A program made the translations under genes and the position numbers. Shown piece by piece: positions 49,563 through 58,733 of a stretch of DNA of 64,000 nucleotides (the stretch's first letter is position 1; the number at the start of each line of letters is the position of its first letter). The notes beneath the pieces were generated by a model. It worked only from the letters and a program-made list of their open reading frames with translations, did no database searches and was not told the origin of the DNA. Location: positions 7,090-71,089 of the forward strand of contig WJJZ01000006.1 of assembly GCA_014729395.1 (NCBI GenBank), in the 5' to 3' direction. This DNA is from Candidatus Magasanikiibacteriota bacterium (GTDB lineage: Bacteria; Patescibacteriota; Patescibacteriia; Magasanikbacterales; UBA922).

Positions 49563-50708
49563 ATGAAAATAGGTCAAATAGTTTCCACATATCCGCCATA
49601 TTACGGAGGTATGGGTAATGTGGTTTTTCAAACCGCATCTGAATTGGCAAGACAGGGTCATGAGGTTGAAGTTTTGACACCTCAATACAAAGAACCTATA
49701 AAAAAAGAGGTGGAGTTCGCACGTCGCCTTCGCCCCAGTTTGCGTTATGGTAATGCGGCCAGACTTGGAAATATTGCAAAACATTTGGATGAATTCGATT
49801 TGGTGCATTTACACTATCCTTTTTTTGGTACAGCCAATATAGTTAGAAGATGGAAAAAGAAAACAAATAAACCTTTGGTTTTGACTTATCATATGGACAC
49901 GAGAGCCCCGGGGTGGAAAGGTTTGATTTTCAAAATGTATGCCAAATTTTGGATGCCAAAAATATTAGAAGTAGCCGATAAAATTATTGTCAGTTCATTT
50001 GACTATGCAAATGCATGTGATGCTTCAGAGATATACAAAGAAAATAAAGAAAAATGGACAGAATTACCCTTTGGAATCGATACAAATCGTTTTCAAGCTC
50101 GTAATAAACCGGAGGCTCTACTCAAAAGATATGGTTTAAATCCGGACATCCCAACAATTTTATTTGTTGGTGCTATGGATAGAGCACATTATTTCAAAGG
50201 TATACCCGATTTACTCAAGGCTTTAACTATTACCAAACAAAAAGATTTTAATTTTCAATGTATATTTATCGGAGATGGTGAACTTAAAAACAACTATGAA
50301 ATGAAAGCCAGGGGTCTGGGTCTTTCCAAAGAAGTCAGGTTTATCGGTTTTGTAACAGACGAAGAATTGCCATATCATTACAATCTCGCTGATTTATTTG
50401 TCTTACCATCCACTAGTGCAAACGAAGCATTTGGTATGGTACTACTCGAAGCAATGGCCAGCTCAGTACCGGTAATAGCGTCAGATTTGCCGGGTGTTCG
50501 TCAAGTGGCTCAAGACGGGGGTATTACGGTCCCGTATAAAAAGCCCTTGCTTTTATCTGACGAAATAATTATTTTTTTAAATTATTCGGTGCAAGAAATG
50601 AAGGAATTCAAGAGAAATGTTAGGATTATCACGGAAAAAAAATATGCCTGGCCGCAAATAGCAATAAATTTGGAAAAAATTTATAACAGCTTGTTGACTA
50701 AATATTAA
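49563..50708 (+). CDS. GT4 glycosyltransferase
   Basis: YPPYYGGM, HYFKG, EAFGMVLLEA. Confidence 0.9.
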   Translation: MKIGQIVSTYPPYYGGMGNVVFQTASELARQGHEVEVLTPQYKEPIKKEVEFARRLRPSLRYGNAARLGNIAKHLDEFDLVHLHYPFFGTANIVRRWKKKTNKPLVLTYHMDTRAPGWKGLIFKMYAKFWMPKILEVADKIIVSSFDYANACDASEIYKENKEKWTELPFGIDTNRFQARNKPEALLKRYGLNPDIPTILFVGAMDRAHYFKGIPDLLKALTITKQKDFNFQCIFIGDGELKNNYEMKARGLGLSKEVRFIGFVTDEELPYHYNLADLFVLPSTSANEAFGMVLLEAMASSVPVIASDLPGVRQVAQDGGITVPYKKPLLLSDEIIIFLNYSVQEMKEFKRNVRIITEKKYAWPQIAINLEKIYNSLLTKY

Positions 50709-50783
50709 TTTGCTATAATTGATTCAGATACGCATAATATTGTATTATTTTTATTATAATTTAACTTATTAAAATTAAAAAAT

Positions 50784-51113
50784 ATGGGTAGATTTAAAAA
50801 AGGCCTCTTTCTTGGTGGGCTAGTAGGAGCTATCATGATGTGGCTAAATACAACAACAAAGGGTAAAAAGGTAAGAAAGCAAATAGTGGAAAACTCAGCT
50901 GATGTATATGAAAAATTGAGCGACCAGATTATGAGCTCGGAGAGTTGGGATAAGATGACAAAGACAAAATATGCAAAAATGGTTCAAGAATATGTGGATA
51001 AGTATGCTGTTGATAACGGTTTGGCCGATAATGTAAAGAAAACCATAAAAAAACTAGTGGTTTCGCAATGGGGTAATTTGAAAAAAGAAGCAAAAACTAA
51101 GAAAAAAAGTTAG
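50784..51113 (+). CDS. YtxH-like protein
   Basis: F..G..LGG..GA.....T..G...R. Confidence 0.7.
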   Translation: MGRFKKGLFLGGLVGAIMMWLNTTTKGKKVRKQIVENSADVYEKLSDQIMSSESWDKMTKTKYAKMVQEYVDKYAVDNGLADNVKKTIKKLVVSQWGNLKKEAKTKKKS

Positions 51114-51140
51114 TTTATAAAGTTAAAATTATTTATAATT

Positions 51141-51172
51141 AATAATCTCGTTAAAATCGAGATTATTTTTTA
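51141..51172 (+). terminator. Intrinsic terminator
   Basis: AATAATCTCG-TTAAAAT-CGAGATTATT then T run. Confidence 0.6.
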
Positions 51173-51252
51173 TTTGAAATTGTTGACAACATTTTCTGGA
51201 AAACAAGCTTTAATTATGTTAAGATTAATATATAAGATTTTAATAAATATCT

Positions 51253-52287
51253 ATGAGTTCAATAGATTCGTATTTTGAATTTGCAATAAAAAAAGGAGCA
51301 TCTGACATACATTTGGTAGCGGACGAAAAACCAATGATACGCGTGGATGGTCAGTTACAAGAACTTTCTGAGGATCCTATGCCGGTTAAAGAAGTTGAAA
51401 CATTAGTGTCATCTTTGTTAAGCGATGACCAAAAAGAGAAGTTTGAAGAAAATTTGGAATTGGATTTCAGTCATGACTTTGACGGAGTGAGATTTCGAGT
51501 TAATTTACACCTACAGTCCGGTAAGTTGGGACTAGCCGCAAGACTAATACCGGATGAGATTCCCACACCGGATGATTTACGTTTTGAGCCGGCTCTGCGT
51601 GATTTTTCAAACCTTTTGGATGGTTTGGTTTTGGTGGTAGGTCCAACCGGATGTGGAAAGTCCACTACGATTGCTTCAATGATAGAAGAAATAAATAAAG
51701 ACAGAAAATCTCATATTATAACCATAGAAGACCCAATAGAGTTTATTTTTGAGGATAAAAAAAGTTTAATAGAGCAGAGAGAGGTGGGTAGCGATACAAA
51801 GTCTTTTGCATCCGCTCTGAAGCATGTATTAAGACAAGATCCAAATATAATAATGGTAGGTGAGATGCGTGACCCGGAGACCATTGCTACGGTTTTAACG
51901 GCAGCGGAGACCGGACATTTGGTTTTTTCAACCTTGCATACTTCAACGGCTGCCGAAGCTGTGGAAAGAATAGTGGATGTATTTGATGGTAGTAAACAAA
52001 GACAAGTACTTATTCAGTTATCGGCCGTATTAAGAGGTGTGGTAGCACAACAGTTATTACCTTCCTCTGACGGAAAAAGAGTTGCCGCCAGAGAGATATT
52101 GGTAAATACTCCGGCCGTATCCAATTTGATAAGGGAGAATAATATTGCGCAGATTCAGAGTTCTATTCAGACAGGTGCCAAAGAAGGGATGATATCTATG
52201 GAGAATTCTCTTAAAGCATTAATAAAAGAAGGTTTGGTAGATAAAGAAATTGCAGAAAAAAGAATGGGAAGACAGAGAAAAAATTAA
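51253..52287 (+). CDS. pilT: Type IV pilus retraction ATPase
   Basis: ASDIH, GPTGCGKST, TIEDPIE, LRQDP, GEMRD, ETGH, TLHT. Confidence 0.93.
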   Translation: MSSIDSYFEFAIKKGASDIHLVADEKPMIRVDGQLQELSEDPMPVKEVETLVSSLLSDDQKEKFEENLELDFSHDFDGVRFRVNLHLQSGKLGLAARLIPDEIPTPDDLRFEPALRDFSNLLDGLVLVVGPTGCGKSTTIASMIEEINKDRKSHIITIEDPIEFIFEDKKSLIEQREVGSDTKSFASALKHVLRQDPNIIMVGEMRDPETIATVLTAAETGHLVFSTLHTSTAAEAVERIVDVFDGSKQRQVLIQLSAVLRGVVAQQLLPSSDGKRVAAREILVNTPAVSNLIRENNIAQIQSSIQTGAKEGMISMENSLKALIKEGLVDKEIAEKRMGRQRKN

Positions 52288-52294
52288 TTTAATT

Positions 52295-54070
52295 ATGAAC
52301 CCGGTTTCCTATAGACAGCAAAATAAAGATGTAAAAAAAGGTTCAATTCATATCCGTATAAGAGTCTTGTTTATTCTGATTATATTGGTTTCAGTGGCGA
52401 TATGTTCGAACCTTTTTTTAATAATGATAATGCAGCATGATTTTTATACTGCTATGGCAGCCGGTTCTCATGAAATGTATGAACAATTATTCCCAAAGCG
52501 AGGAGAGGTTTTCATTCAGGATTCCAGAAGCGGAGAGGAATATCCACTGGCAATCAATAGGGATTATTTTACAGTATACATAAATACCAAGAAATTAGTT
52601 GACGAAGAAGAAGCCGAAGATGTTACGAAAAAAATATCTGAATTCTTTGGCTATGATGACGAAGAAAAACTTTCATTATTTTTAAAAATAAACGAACGTG
52701 ACGACCCTTATGAACCTATAGAAAAAAAAGTTGAAGAAAGTAAAGTTGAAAAATTAAGAGAATTAAACTTAACCGGACTTGGTTTCGTACGCAGACCCTA
52801 TCGCTACTATCCGGAGGGTGAATTAGCCGCTCATGTGGTCGGTTTTGTGGGTAAAAATGAAGATGGGATGGATATTGGACGTTATGGAGTGGAGGGTTAT
52901 TGGCAAAATCAATTGGCGGGTAGTGGTGGTTTTTTTGAAGGTTTCAGAACCGCTGTGGGGGAGTGGATTCCTCTTGGTGGTCGATCATTTCAACCGGCAG
53001 AGGATGGTACGGATTTGCTATTGTCCGTTGACAGAACGGTTCAATATATGGCCTGTAAGAGAATGCAAGAAGCAATTGATGAGTATGAAGCTTCAGGCGG
53101 GGCTCTGGTGGTAATAGAGCCTGAAACCGGCGCTATTAGAGCAATGTGTTCTTTTCCGGACTTTGATCCAAACAAATACAATGAAGTGGAGTCAATTGAG
53201 ATTTTTAACAATACAGCCATTTTTACTCCTTATGAACCGGGATCAATTTTCAAACCTGTTACCATGGCGGCAGCAATAAACGAGGGGGTGGTTGAACCGG
53301 ATTCAGTTTTTGAGGATACCGGTCCGATAGAAGATTTATGTATGAAACCGATTAACAATGCGGAAGGGACGGTATATGGGAAACAGACTATGACACAAGT
53401 TTTGGAAAACTCTGTCAATACGGGGATGGTACATGTTGTGGAAAAATTAGGAAAATATAATTTTATAGATTATTTGGAAAATTTTGGATTTGGCATGAAA
53501 GAGGGGATTGAGCTGGACAGCGAGGTTTCGGGAACAATTGAAACATTACGTGAAATAAAAAAAGATAAACTTGATTGTTATACCGCTACGGCTTCATTTG
53601 GTCAGGGAATAACAGCCACACCTTTGCAAATGGCTTCTGCCTTTGCTACCATCGCCAATGGCGGTATACTTATGAGGCCTTTTATAGTGGAAGAAATAAG
53701 GTATGCGAATGGAAAGGTGGAAAAGACAAAGCCAAAAGAAATAAAAAGAGTTTTGGATAAAAGAACGGCATCATTGCTTAGCGGAATGTTGGTGAGTGTA
53801 ATTGACAATGGACAATCACAAAACGCTCAGGTGGATGGTTATTATGTTGCGGGAAAGACTGGTACAGCTCAAATTGCCGGTAAAGGTGGCTATACCGATG
53901 AGACCAATCATTCTTTTGTCGGGTTTGCCCCAGTGGACGATCCGGCATTTGTTATAGTTATAAAAATTGAAAAACCTAAGCGTAAATACGCATCTTATAC
54001 GACTACACCGGTTTTTAGAGATATAGCGGAATTTTTGCTTAAATATTACCAAGTTTCACCAGTTAGATAA
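52295..54070 (+). CDS. ftsI: Class B penicillin-binding protein (FtsI/PBP2)
   Basis: N-terminal TM; EPGSIFK (SxxK), SVN (SxN), KTGTAQ; start moved to 52295. Confidence 0.85.
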   Translation: MNPVSYRQQNKDVKKGSIHIRIRVLFILIILVSVAICSNLFLIMIMQHDFYTAMAAGSHEMYEQLFPKRGEVFIQDSRSGEEYPLAINRDYFTVYINTKKLVDEEEAEDVTKKISEFFGYDDEEKLSLFLKINERDDPYEPIEKKVEESKVEKLRELNLTGLGFVRRPYRYYPEGELAAHVVGFVGKNEDGMDIGRYGVEGYWQNQLAGSGGFFEGFRTAVGEWIPLGGRSFQPAEDGTDLLLSVDRTVQYMACKRMQEAIDEYEASGGALVVIEPETGAIRAMCSFPDFDPNKYNEVESIEIFNNTAIFTPYEPGSIFKPVTMAAAINEGVVEPDSVFEDTGPIEDLCMKPINNAEGTVYGKQTMTQVLENSVNTGMVHVVEKLGKYNFIDYLENFGFGMKEGIELDSEVSGTIETLREIKKDKLDCYTATASFGQGITATPLQMASAFATIANGGILMRPFIVEEIRYANGKVEKTKPKEIKRVLDKRTASLLSGMLVSVIDNGQSQNAQVDGYYVAGKTGTAQIAGKGGYTDETNHSFVGFAPVDDPAFVIVIKIEKPKRKYASYTTTPVFRDIAEFLLKYYQVSPVR

Positions 54071-54076
54071 TTTTTT

Positions 54077-55339
54077 ATGAGATTAATTGTCAGATATTTT
54101 TTAAAATTATTCACCGCCAGGATACTAAAAAAATACAATCCCGATGTTGTTGGAATTACCGGTTCGGTGGGAAAAACAAGTGTAAAAGATATCACCTTAA
54201 AGATATTAAGTAAAAAATTCAGAGTTTCCGGAAGTCCGGATAGTTATAATACTTTTTTTGGAGTACTTTTAACCGTGGTGGGTGAAAAAAGTCCGGGCAG
54301 ATCATTTATAACTTGGTTTTACATTTTAGGTAAAGCGCTTTTTTTATGTATAAAAAAGAAAAAAAGTTATGCGGAAATACTGGTGCTTGAAATGGCAGCT
54401 AATCGTCCCGGTGACATAAAAGAACTTACAGAATTGATCCAGTGCAATGTTGGTGTGGTAACCGCTATTTCACCGGTTCATATTAAATTTTTTAAAACAA
54501 TAAAAAAGTTATTTAGAGAAAAACAGCTGCTTGTTAGGAGTTTGGACCGTACCGGTTTTGCAATATTAAATAGAGATGACCTGGAGCTTTATTCAATGAG
54601 AAAAAAAACCGATGCTGATGTAATTACTTACGGTTTTCATCCGGACTCTACTGTGAGAGCTAGCGACATTAATATAAAAAAGGATCCGCAAACCGGCTGG
54701 CCGGAAGGTGTTTTTTTTAAAGTTATATACCAAGGAAGTGTTGTGCCCATATATTTGCCCGGTGTAGTGGGGGAGCATGTTATTTATTCAGCCCTTGCTG
54801 CAATTAGTATTGCTATAGTTTTTGGTTTAAATTTGGTTGAAATATCTCGTGCTTTACAAGAGCTAAAAATGCCACCCGGAAGAATGAGGGTGTTGCCGGG
54901 AATAAAAAATACATTAATAATAGATGATAGTTATAATGCTTCACCCATTTCCGTAAAGGCGGCTTTGAATACATTCTCCAAGTTAGATTTAAGTAATGCT
55001 AAGAGATACATTATTTTAGGTGATATGTTGGAGTTGGGTCAGCAAACGGAGAAATATCATCGAGAGATGGGAATTAGAGTGGCTGAATTGAATTTTGATT
55101 ATTTAATAACTGTTGGCTCGGCTACCAAGAATTTGGCTAAAGCGGCGATTAACAAAGGCGTGTCGGAAGATAAGGTTGCCAGCTTTTCGGATACAAAAAA
55201 AGCCGGTTTATTTTTACAAGAAAAATTAAAACCGGGGGATGCTTGTCTAATTAAAGGGTCGCGGGCCATGAAAATGGAAAAAGTGGTAAAAGAGGTCTTG
55301 GCCAAACCATTGAAAGAGAGTGAATTGTTGGTACATTGA
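54077..55339 (+). CDS. murF: MurF ligase lacking the usual N-terminal domain
   Basis: GITGSVGKT, VLEM, DDSYNASP, GDMLELG, KGSR. Confidence 0.88.
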   Translation: MRLIVRYFLKLFTARILKKYNPDVVGITGSVGKTSVKDITLKILSKKFRVSGSPDSYNTFFGVLLTVVGEKSPGRSFITWFYILGKALFLCIKKKKSYAEILVLEMAANRPGDIKELTELIQCNVGVVTAISPVHIKFFKTIKKLFREKQLLVRSLDRTGFAILNRDDLELYSMRKKTDADVITYGFHPDSTVRASDINIKKDPQTGWPEGVFFKVIYQGSVVPIYLPGVVGEHVIYSALAAISIAIVFGLNLVEISRALQELKMPPGRMRVLPGIKNTLIIDDSYNASPISVKAALNTFSKLDLSNAKRYIILGDMLELGQQTEKYHREMGIRVAELNFDYLITVGSATKNLAKAAINKGVSEDKVASFSDTKKAGLFLQEKLKPGDACLIKGSRAMKMEKVVKEVLAKPLKESELLVH

Positions 55340-55345
55340 CCCAAG

Positions 55346-55374
55346 TTGACAAGAGTCTGTTTTTGTGCCATGAT
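55346..55374 (+). promoter_or_regulatory. Sigma70-type promoter for orphan gene
   Basis: TTGACA-17bp-CATGAT with TG extension. Confidence 0.5.
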
Positions 55375-55422
55375 TCTACTGTTCTTTAAACATCAATTTA
55401 GACCAAAAAAGGAGACAGGAGG

Positions 55423-55785
55423 ATGAAACAGAGATATATTGTCGTTTGTGAAGACGGACATGAAGCTCTGGTAGCGAAGCCCGCAGTTAGTAACATTTCA
55501 GTTTCAATGTCTTGCATAAGGTGTGGCAAGGATTTGGTTCGAATAACTGCCATAGGGAGTGTAGTAATTAAAGAACGCCAGATCTCACACGACGCATTGC
55601 GGAGTACAAATGAATACATTGCTGCATGCATAAACGGACATAAATTTGAGGTGACATCAGACTTTGGACCCGAGACGGTAATAAATAATATTTGTTGTCC
55701 GGATTGTAAAGCAGATATACTAACCTTGCATAAACAGGGTAGAGGTACGTTCTGTTTTGACTCTCGTCATTTTCGTATTAACTAA
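55423..55785 (+). CDS. Orphan protein with two zinc-ribbon-like repeats
   Basis: CEDGH-x17-CIRC and CINGH-x18-CPDC; AAGGAG SD; own terminator. Confidence 0.65.
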   Translation: MKQRYIVVCEDGHEALVAKPAVSNISVSMSCIRCGKDLVRITAIGSVVIKERQISHDALRSTNEYIAACINGHKFEVTSDFGPETVINNICCPDCKADILTLHKQGRGTFCFDSRHFRIN

Positions 55786-55844
55786 CTGACAATTACTTCT
55801 ATTTTACCGCGATATCTATGGATTCGTATTTTAATTTTCTTGGT

Positions 55845-55878
55845 AAGCCCGTTTTTTTAAAGAACGGGTTTTGTTTTA
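55845..55878 (+). terminator. Intrinsic terminator
   Basis: AAGCCCGTTTTT...AGAACGGGTTTT. Confidence 0.65.
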
Positions 55879-55911
55879 TTAAAAAACTCAGTATTAGTGT
55901 TGTTTTTCTGA

Positions 55912-55940
55912 TTGACAAAAAATTAATTCAACTGTATAAT
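55912..55940 (+). promoter_or_regulatory. Consensus sigma70 promoter for tRNA operon
   Basis: TTGACA-17bp-TATAAT. Confidence 0.85.
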
Positions 55941-55958
55941 TTTCACTGTTCACAGCCA

Positions 55959-56030
55959 GCCGCCATCGTCTAATGGCTAGGACGCCAGGTTCTCATCCTG
56001 GTAATAGGGGTTCGATCCCCCTTGGCGGTA
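55959..56030 (+). tRNA. tRNA-Glu (CTC), CCA not encoded
   Basis: Acceptor GCCGCCA/TGGCGGT; anticodon arm CCAGG-TTCTCAT-CCTGG; GGTTCGATCCC T arm. Confidence 0.92.
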
Positions 56031-56147
56031 CCGAGCTTTTCTATGTCGAGACGAAGCTGTGCTCGCTGGCCGGATTCCAAATAAAAAAGGTTTACCCGGC
56101 GCAGTCCTGTCCCGAACTCGAAGGGTGGGGGATCTGGATGGAAACGG

Positions 56148-56199
56148 GTCAGGGTAGCTCCCGCCTTCGTCCTTCGGACTACGGCGGGCAGGCAGTTGG
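56148..56199 (+). repeat. Duplicated tRNA-Met 5' end interrupted by a 33-bp REP-like hairpin
   Basis: GTCAGGGTAGCTC[CCGCCTTCGTCCTTCGGACTACGGCGGGCAGGC]AGTTGG matches 56270-56288. Confidence 0.75.
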
Positions 56200-56269
56200 A
56201 CCAACTTCTGTTCGAACTGCTATTATAAGTTTATCCTGGAAGCGAAGTTATTATTTACAATCAAAATAT

Positions 56270-56346
56270 GTCAGGGTAGCTCAGTTGGTAAGAGCGTCGG
56301 ATTCATAACCCGGAGGTCGGGAGTTCAATTCTCCCCCCTGACACCA
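56270..56346 (+). tRNA. tRNA-Met (CAT), elongator type (Ile2 not excluded)
   Basis: Acceptor GTCAGGG/CCCTGAC with G1-C72 pair; TTCATAA loop; encoded CCA. Confidence 0.88.
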
Positions 56347-56352
56347 GGACAC

Positions 56353-56376
56353 AAAAACCCCCTGGCGGGGGTTTTT
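56353..56376. terminator. Bidirectional terminator between tRNA and HU gene
   Basis: AAAAACCCCC-TGGC-GGGGGTTTTT. Confidence 0.85.
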
Positions 56377-56393
56377 AATTTTTTTCTTTATAA

Positions 56394-56753
56394 TTACATT
56401 CCCATGCCCATTCCACTTTCATTATCCTGAGTCTGACTTTCATCATTATCCTGAGAAGAATTATCTTCAGGCTTTTTTTCTTTTAAAGCATCTTTTAATC
56501 TTTTACCTGCTTTAAATTTTGGTACTGTTACCGGTGGAATTTGAATTTTTTCGCTTGGGTTTTGTGGATTAACACCAATGCGTCCGGCTCTTGTTTTTGC
56601 ACTGAATGCGCCAAAACCGGCGATATTTACTTCTCCACCAGACTTTAGTGTATTAATAACTATTTCAACATAGGCCTGTACCATATCTTCTGCTTCTTTT
56701 TTAGAAGTTCCGACTTTGTCGGCTATGGTTTGGGCAAGTTGTGCCTTGTTCAT
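56394..56753 (-). CDS. hup: HU DNA-binding protein with acidic C-terminal tail
   Basis: MNKAQL, GFGAF, R.GVNPQ, PKFKAGK.LKD. Confidence 0.92.
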   Translation of the reverse strand: MNKAQLAQTIADKVGTSKKEAEDMVQAYVEIVINTLKSGGEVNIAGFGAFSAKTRAGRIGVNPQNPSEKIQIPPVTVPKFKAGKRLKDALKEKKPEDNSSQDNDESQTQDNESGMGMGM

Positions 56754-56803
56754 ATGAATGGTATTATTAAATTTCTTTAAAATTTAACTTAATTAACACT
56801 AAT

Positions 56804-56832
56804 ATCATAGCATAAAGTATTATTATTGTCAA
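56804..56832 (-). promoter_or_regulatory. Sigma70 promoter of hup
   Basis: TTGACA-17bp-TATGAT with TG extension. Confidence 0.7.
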
Positions 56833-56860
56833 TAGAGCCAAATTTAAAAAAAGATAAAAA

Positions 56861-56887
56861 TAAAGTCGTTGCTATGCAACGACTTTA
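56861..56887 (-). terminator. Terminator after rny
   Basis: TAAAGTCGTTGC-TAT-GCAACGACTTTA followed by a U tract on the minus strand. Confidence 0.75.
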
Positions 56888-56917
56888 GTATATCATTTTT
56901 TGGCTTATTTTAGTCAA

Positions 56918-58444
56918 TTATCTCGCATATTCAATTACTCTTGTCTCTCTTATGACGTTCACTCTTATTTCTCCGGGGTACTGTAATTCATTTTCTATTC
57001 TATGGGCAATATCTTTAGCCAAGTTATATGCTTCATAATCATCTATTTCATTTGGTTTAACAAATACTCTGACTTCGCGTCCGGCTTGAATTGCATAGAC
57101 CTTTTCAATACCGGGGAAATCACTGGCTGTTTGCTCTAGTTCTTCCAGTCTGGCAACAAATTGTTCATATGTATCTCTTCTGGCACCAACTCTTGATCCG
57201 GAAATAGCGTCAGCAGCTTTTACAATTTGAGTAATTAAAAGCTCCGGTTTGTCTTCATGATGATGCATGGCTGCGTCCTGAACTTCTTCACTGAGACCGA
57301 ATTTTTTTAATATGGTAAATCCAATTTCAGGATGACTTCCCTGAGTGTCTTGGTCAACCGCTTTTCCAATATCATGGAAAAAACCGGCTTTTTTTGCTTT
57401 AATTGCATCAACATCCAATTCTTCAGCCATTAGTCCGGCCAGATGAGCAACTTCCATAGAATGGTTCAATACATTTTGGCCATAACTGGTTCTGTATTTT
57501 AATCTACCAACTATTGAAACCAATTTGGGATCTATACCGGTAAAACCAAGTTTATACAAAGCTTCTTCCCCCGCTTTTTTAATATCGATTGCTAATTCTT
57601 TTTTAGCTTCTTCAATAAAATTTTCTATTCTGGCCGGCTGAATTCTTCCATCTTTGATAAGTTTTTCCAGTGCCAGCTGACAAACACGTCTTCTGATTGG
57701 AGAAAAACTTGATATGAGTAGAATTTCCGGAGTTTCATCAATGATAAGTTCACAACCGGTCATTTTTTCAATGGTCTTGATATTTCGTCCGTCTTTTCCT
57801 ATGATTCTACCTTTCATTTCTTCGCTGGGAAGATTAATAGCGGTTGAAGTTGTTTCACTGGAGTGATCAGCTGCGCATCTTTGAATTGTATCCAGGATAA
57901 TTTCTTTTGCTTTGGTTTCATAGGTTTCAGTATTTTCTTTTTCCAATTTCATAATACGGACTGATAAATCTCCCTTTACTTGTTGTTCTATTTTTTTGAA
58001 CAATTCTTCTTTGGCCTCATCTTTTGAAAAACCGGAAACAGTTTGAAGTTTTTCAATGGTTTTTTCATGTAAATCATCCACTTTCTTTTTTACCGACTGA
58101 ATTTCTTCCACTTTTTTTTGCAGCTTATTTTTTCTGTCTTCAAATTCCATTAATTTTTTATCAAACATAGACTCTCTCTTTTCGAGCCTGCTTTGCATAT
58201 GTTTGATTTCTTTACGTCTTTGTCCTTCTTCTTTTTTTGCGTCATCAATCACCTTAATTGCTTTTTCTTTGGCTTGAAGAAGAAGTTGCTTTTCTTTATT
58301 TTTTGCCTCGATTAGGACTTTTTCCGCTCTAGCTTCGGCTGAGTTTGAACGAGCTTGAGCGACTTGTTTTCGTAGGAGATAACCCAGACCGATTCCGATA
58401 GTTATACCACCTACAGCCATGATGGCTATAATAAATTCTGACAT
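56918..58444 (-). CDS. rny: Ribonuclease Y
   Basis: TM, coiled coil, KH motif KGRIIGKDGRNI, HD motif HDIGK, AIQAGRE; start at MSEFII. Confidence 0.95.
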   Translation of the reverse strand: MSEFIIAIMAVGGITIGIGLGYLLRKQVAQARSNSAEARAEKVLIEAKNKEKQLLLQAKEKAIKVIDDAKKEEGQRRKEIKHMQSRLEKRESMFDKKLMEFEDRKNKLQKKVEEIQSVKKKVDDLHEKTIEKLQTVSGFSKDEAKEELFKKIEQQVKGDLSVRIMKLEKENTETYETKAKEIILDTIQRCAADHSSETTSTAINLPSEEMKGRIIGKDGRNIKTIEKMTGCELIIDETPEILLISSFSPIRRRVCQLALEKLIKDGRIQPARIENFIEEAKKELAIDIKKAGEEALYKLGFTGIDPKLVSIVGRLKYRTSYGQNVLNHSMEVAHLAGLMAEELDVDAIKAKKAGFFHDIGKAVDQDTQGSHPEIGFTILKKFGLSEEVQDAAMHHHEDKPELLITQIVKAADAISGSRVGARRDTYEQFVARLEELEQTASDFPGIEKVYAIQAGREVRVFVKPNEIDDYEAYNLAKDIAHRIENELQYPGEIRVNVIRETRVIEYAR

Positions 58445-58463
58445 ACAAAAAAATTTCTCATAT

Positions 58464-58655
58464 TCATGAGTTTTCGGCATTTTTCAATACGAAACAATCG
58501 CAAACTAATAATCCGCATTTCTACAAAGCGAATTTTCTAAATATTTTATTGTCGAGAATTATTAATCTTAAAAAAGATTTAATTTCGCTAATTTTATTGC
58601 TTTTTTCAGCCGGTTTCAACATGCTTCGTGATTTTTTCATACCGATCCCTCATGA
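58464..58655 (-). ncRNA. ssrS: Putative 6S RNA (rod with central bubble) upstream of rny
   Basis: 192 nt; nested pairings UCAUGAG/CUCAUGA, UCGGUAU/AUGCCGA, ACGAAGCA/UGUUUCGU, then bubble, then AGCGAA/UUCGCU. Confidence 0.55.
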
Positions 58656-58678
58656 TATTATTAATTATTTACACATTA

Positions 58679-58707
58679 ATAATATCACTATTACAGCCTT
58701 TTGTCAA
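58679..58707 (-). promoter_or_regulatory. Sigma70 promoter for putative 6S RNA/rny
   Basis: TTGACA-17bp-TATTAT. Confidence 0.7.
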
Positions 58708-58733
58708 TCAGATAATTTTATCCCATTTATGTC

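Noticed and set aside
52250-52294. ORF-track start of ftsI overlapping pilT
   Set aside because: ATG at 52295 follows the pilT stop and gives a normal N-terminus
55973-56308. 111-aa and 75-aa ORFs
   Set aside because: Overlap tRNA genes and palindromic repeats
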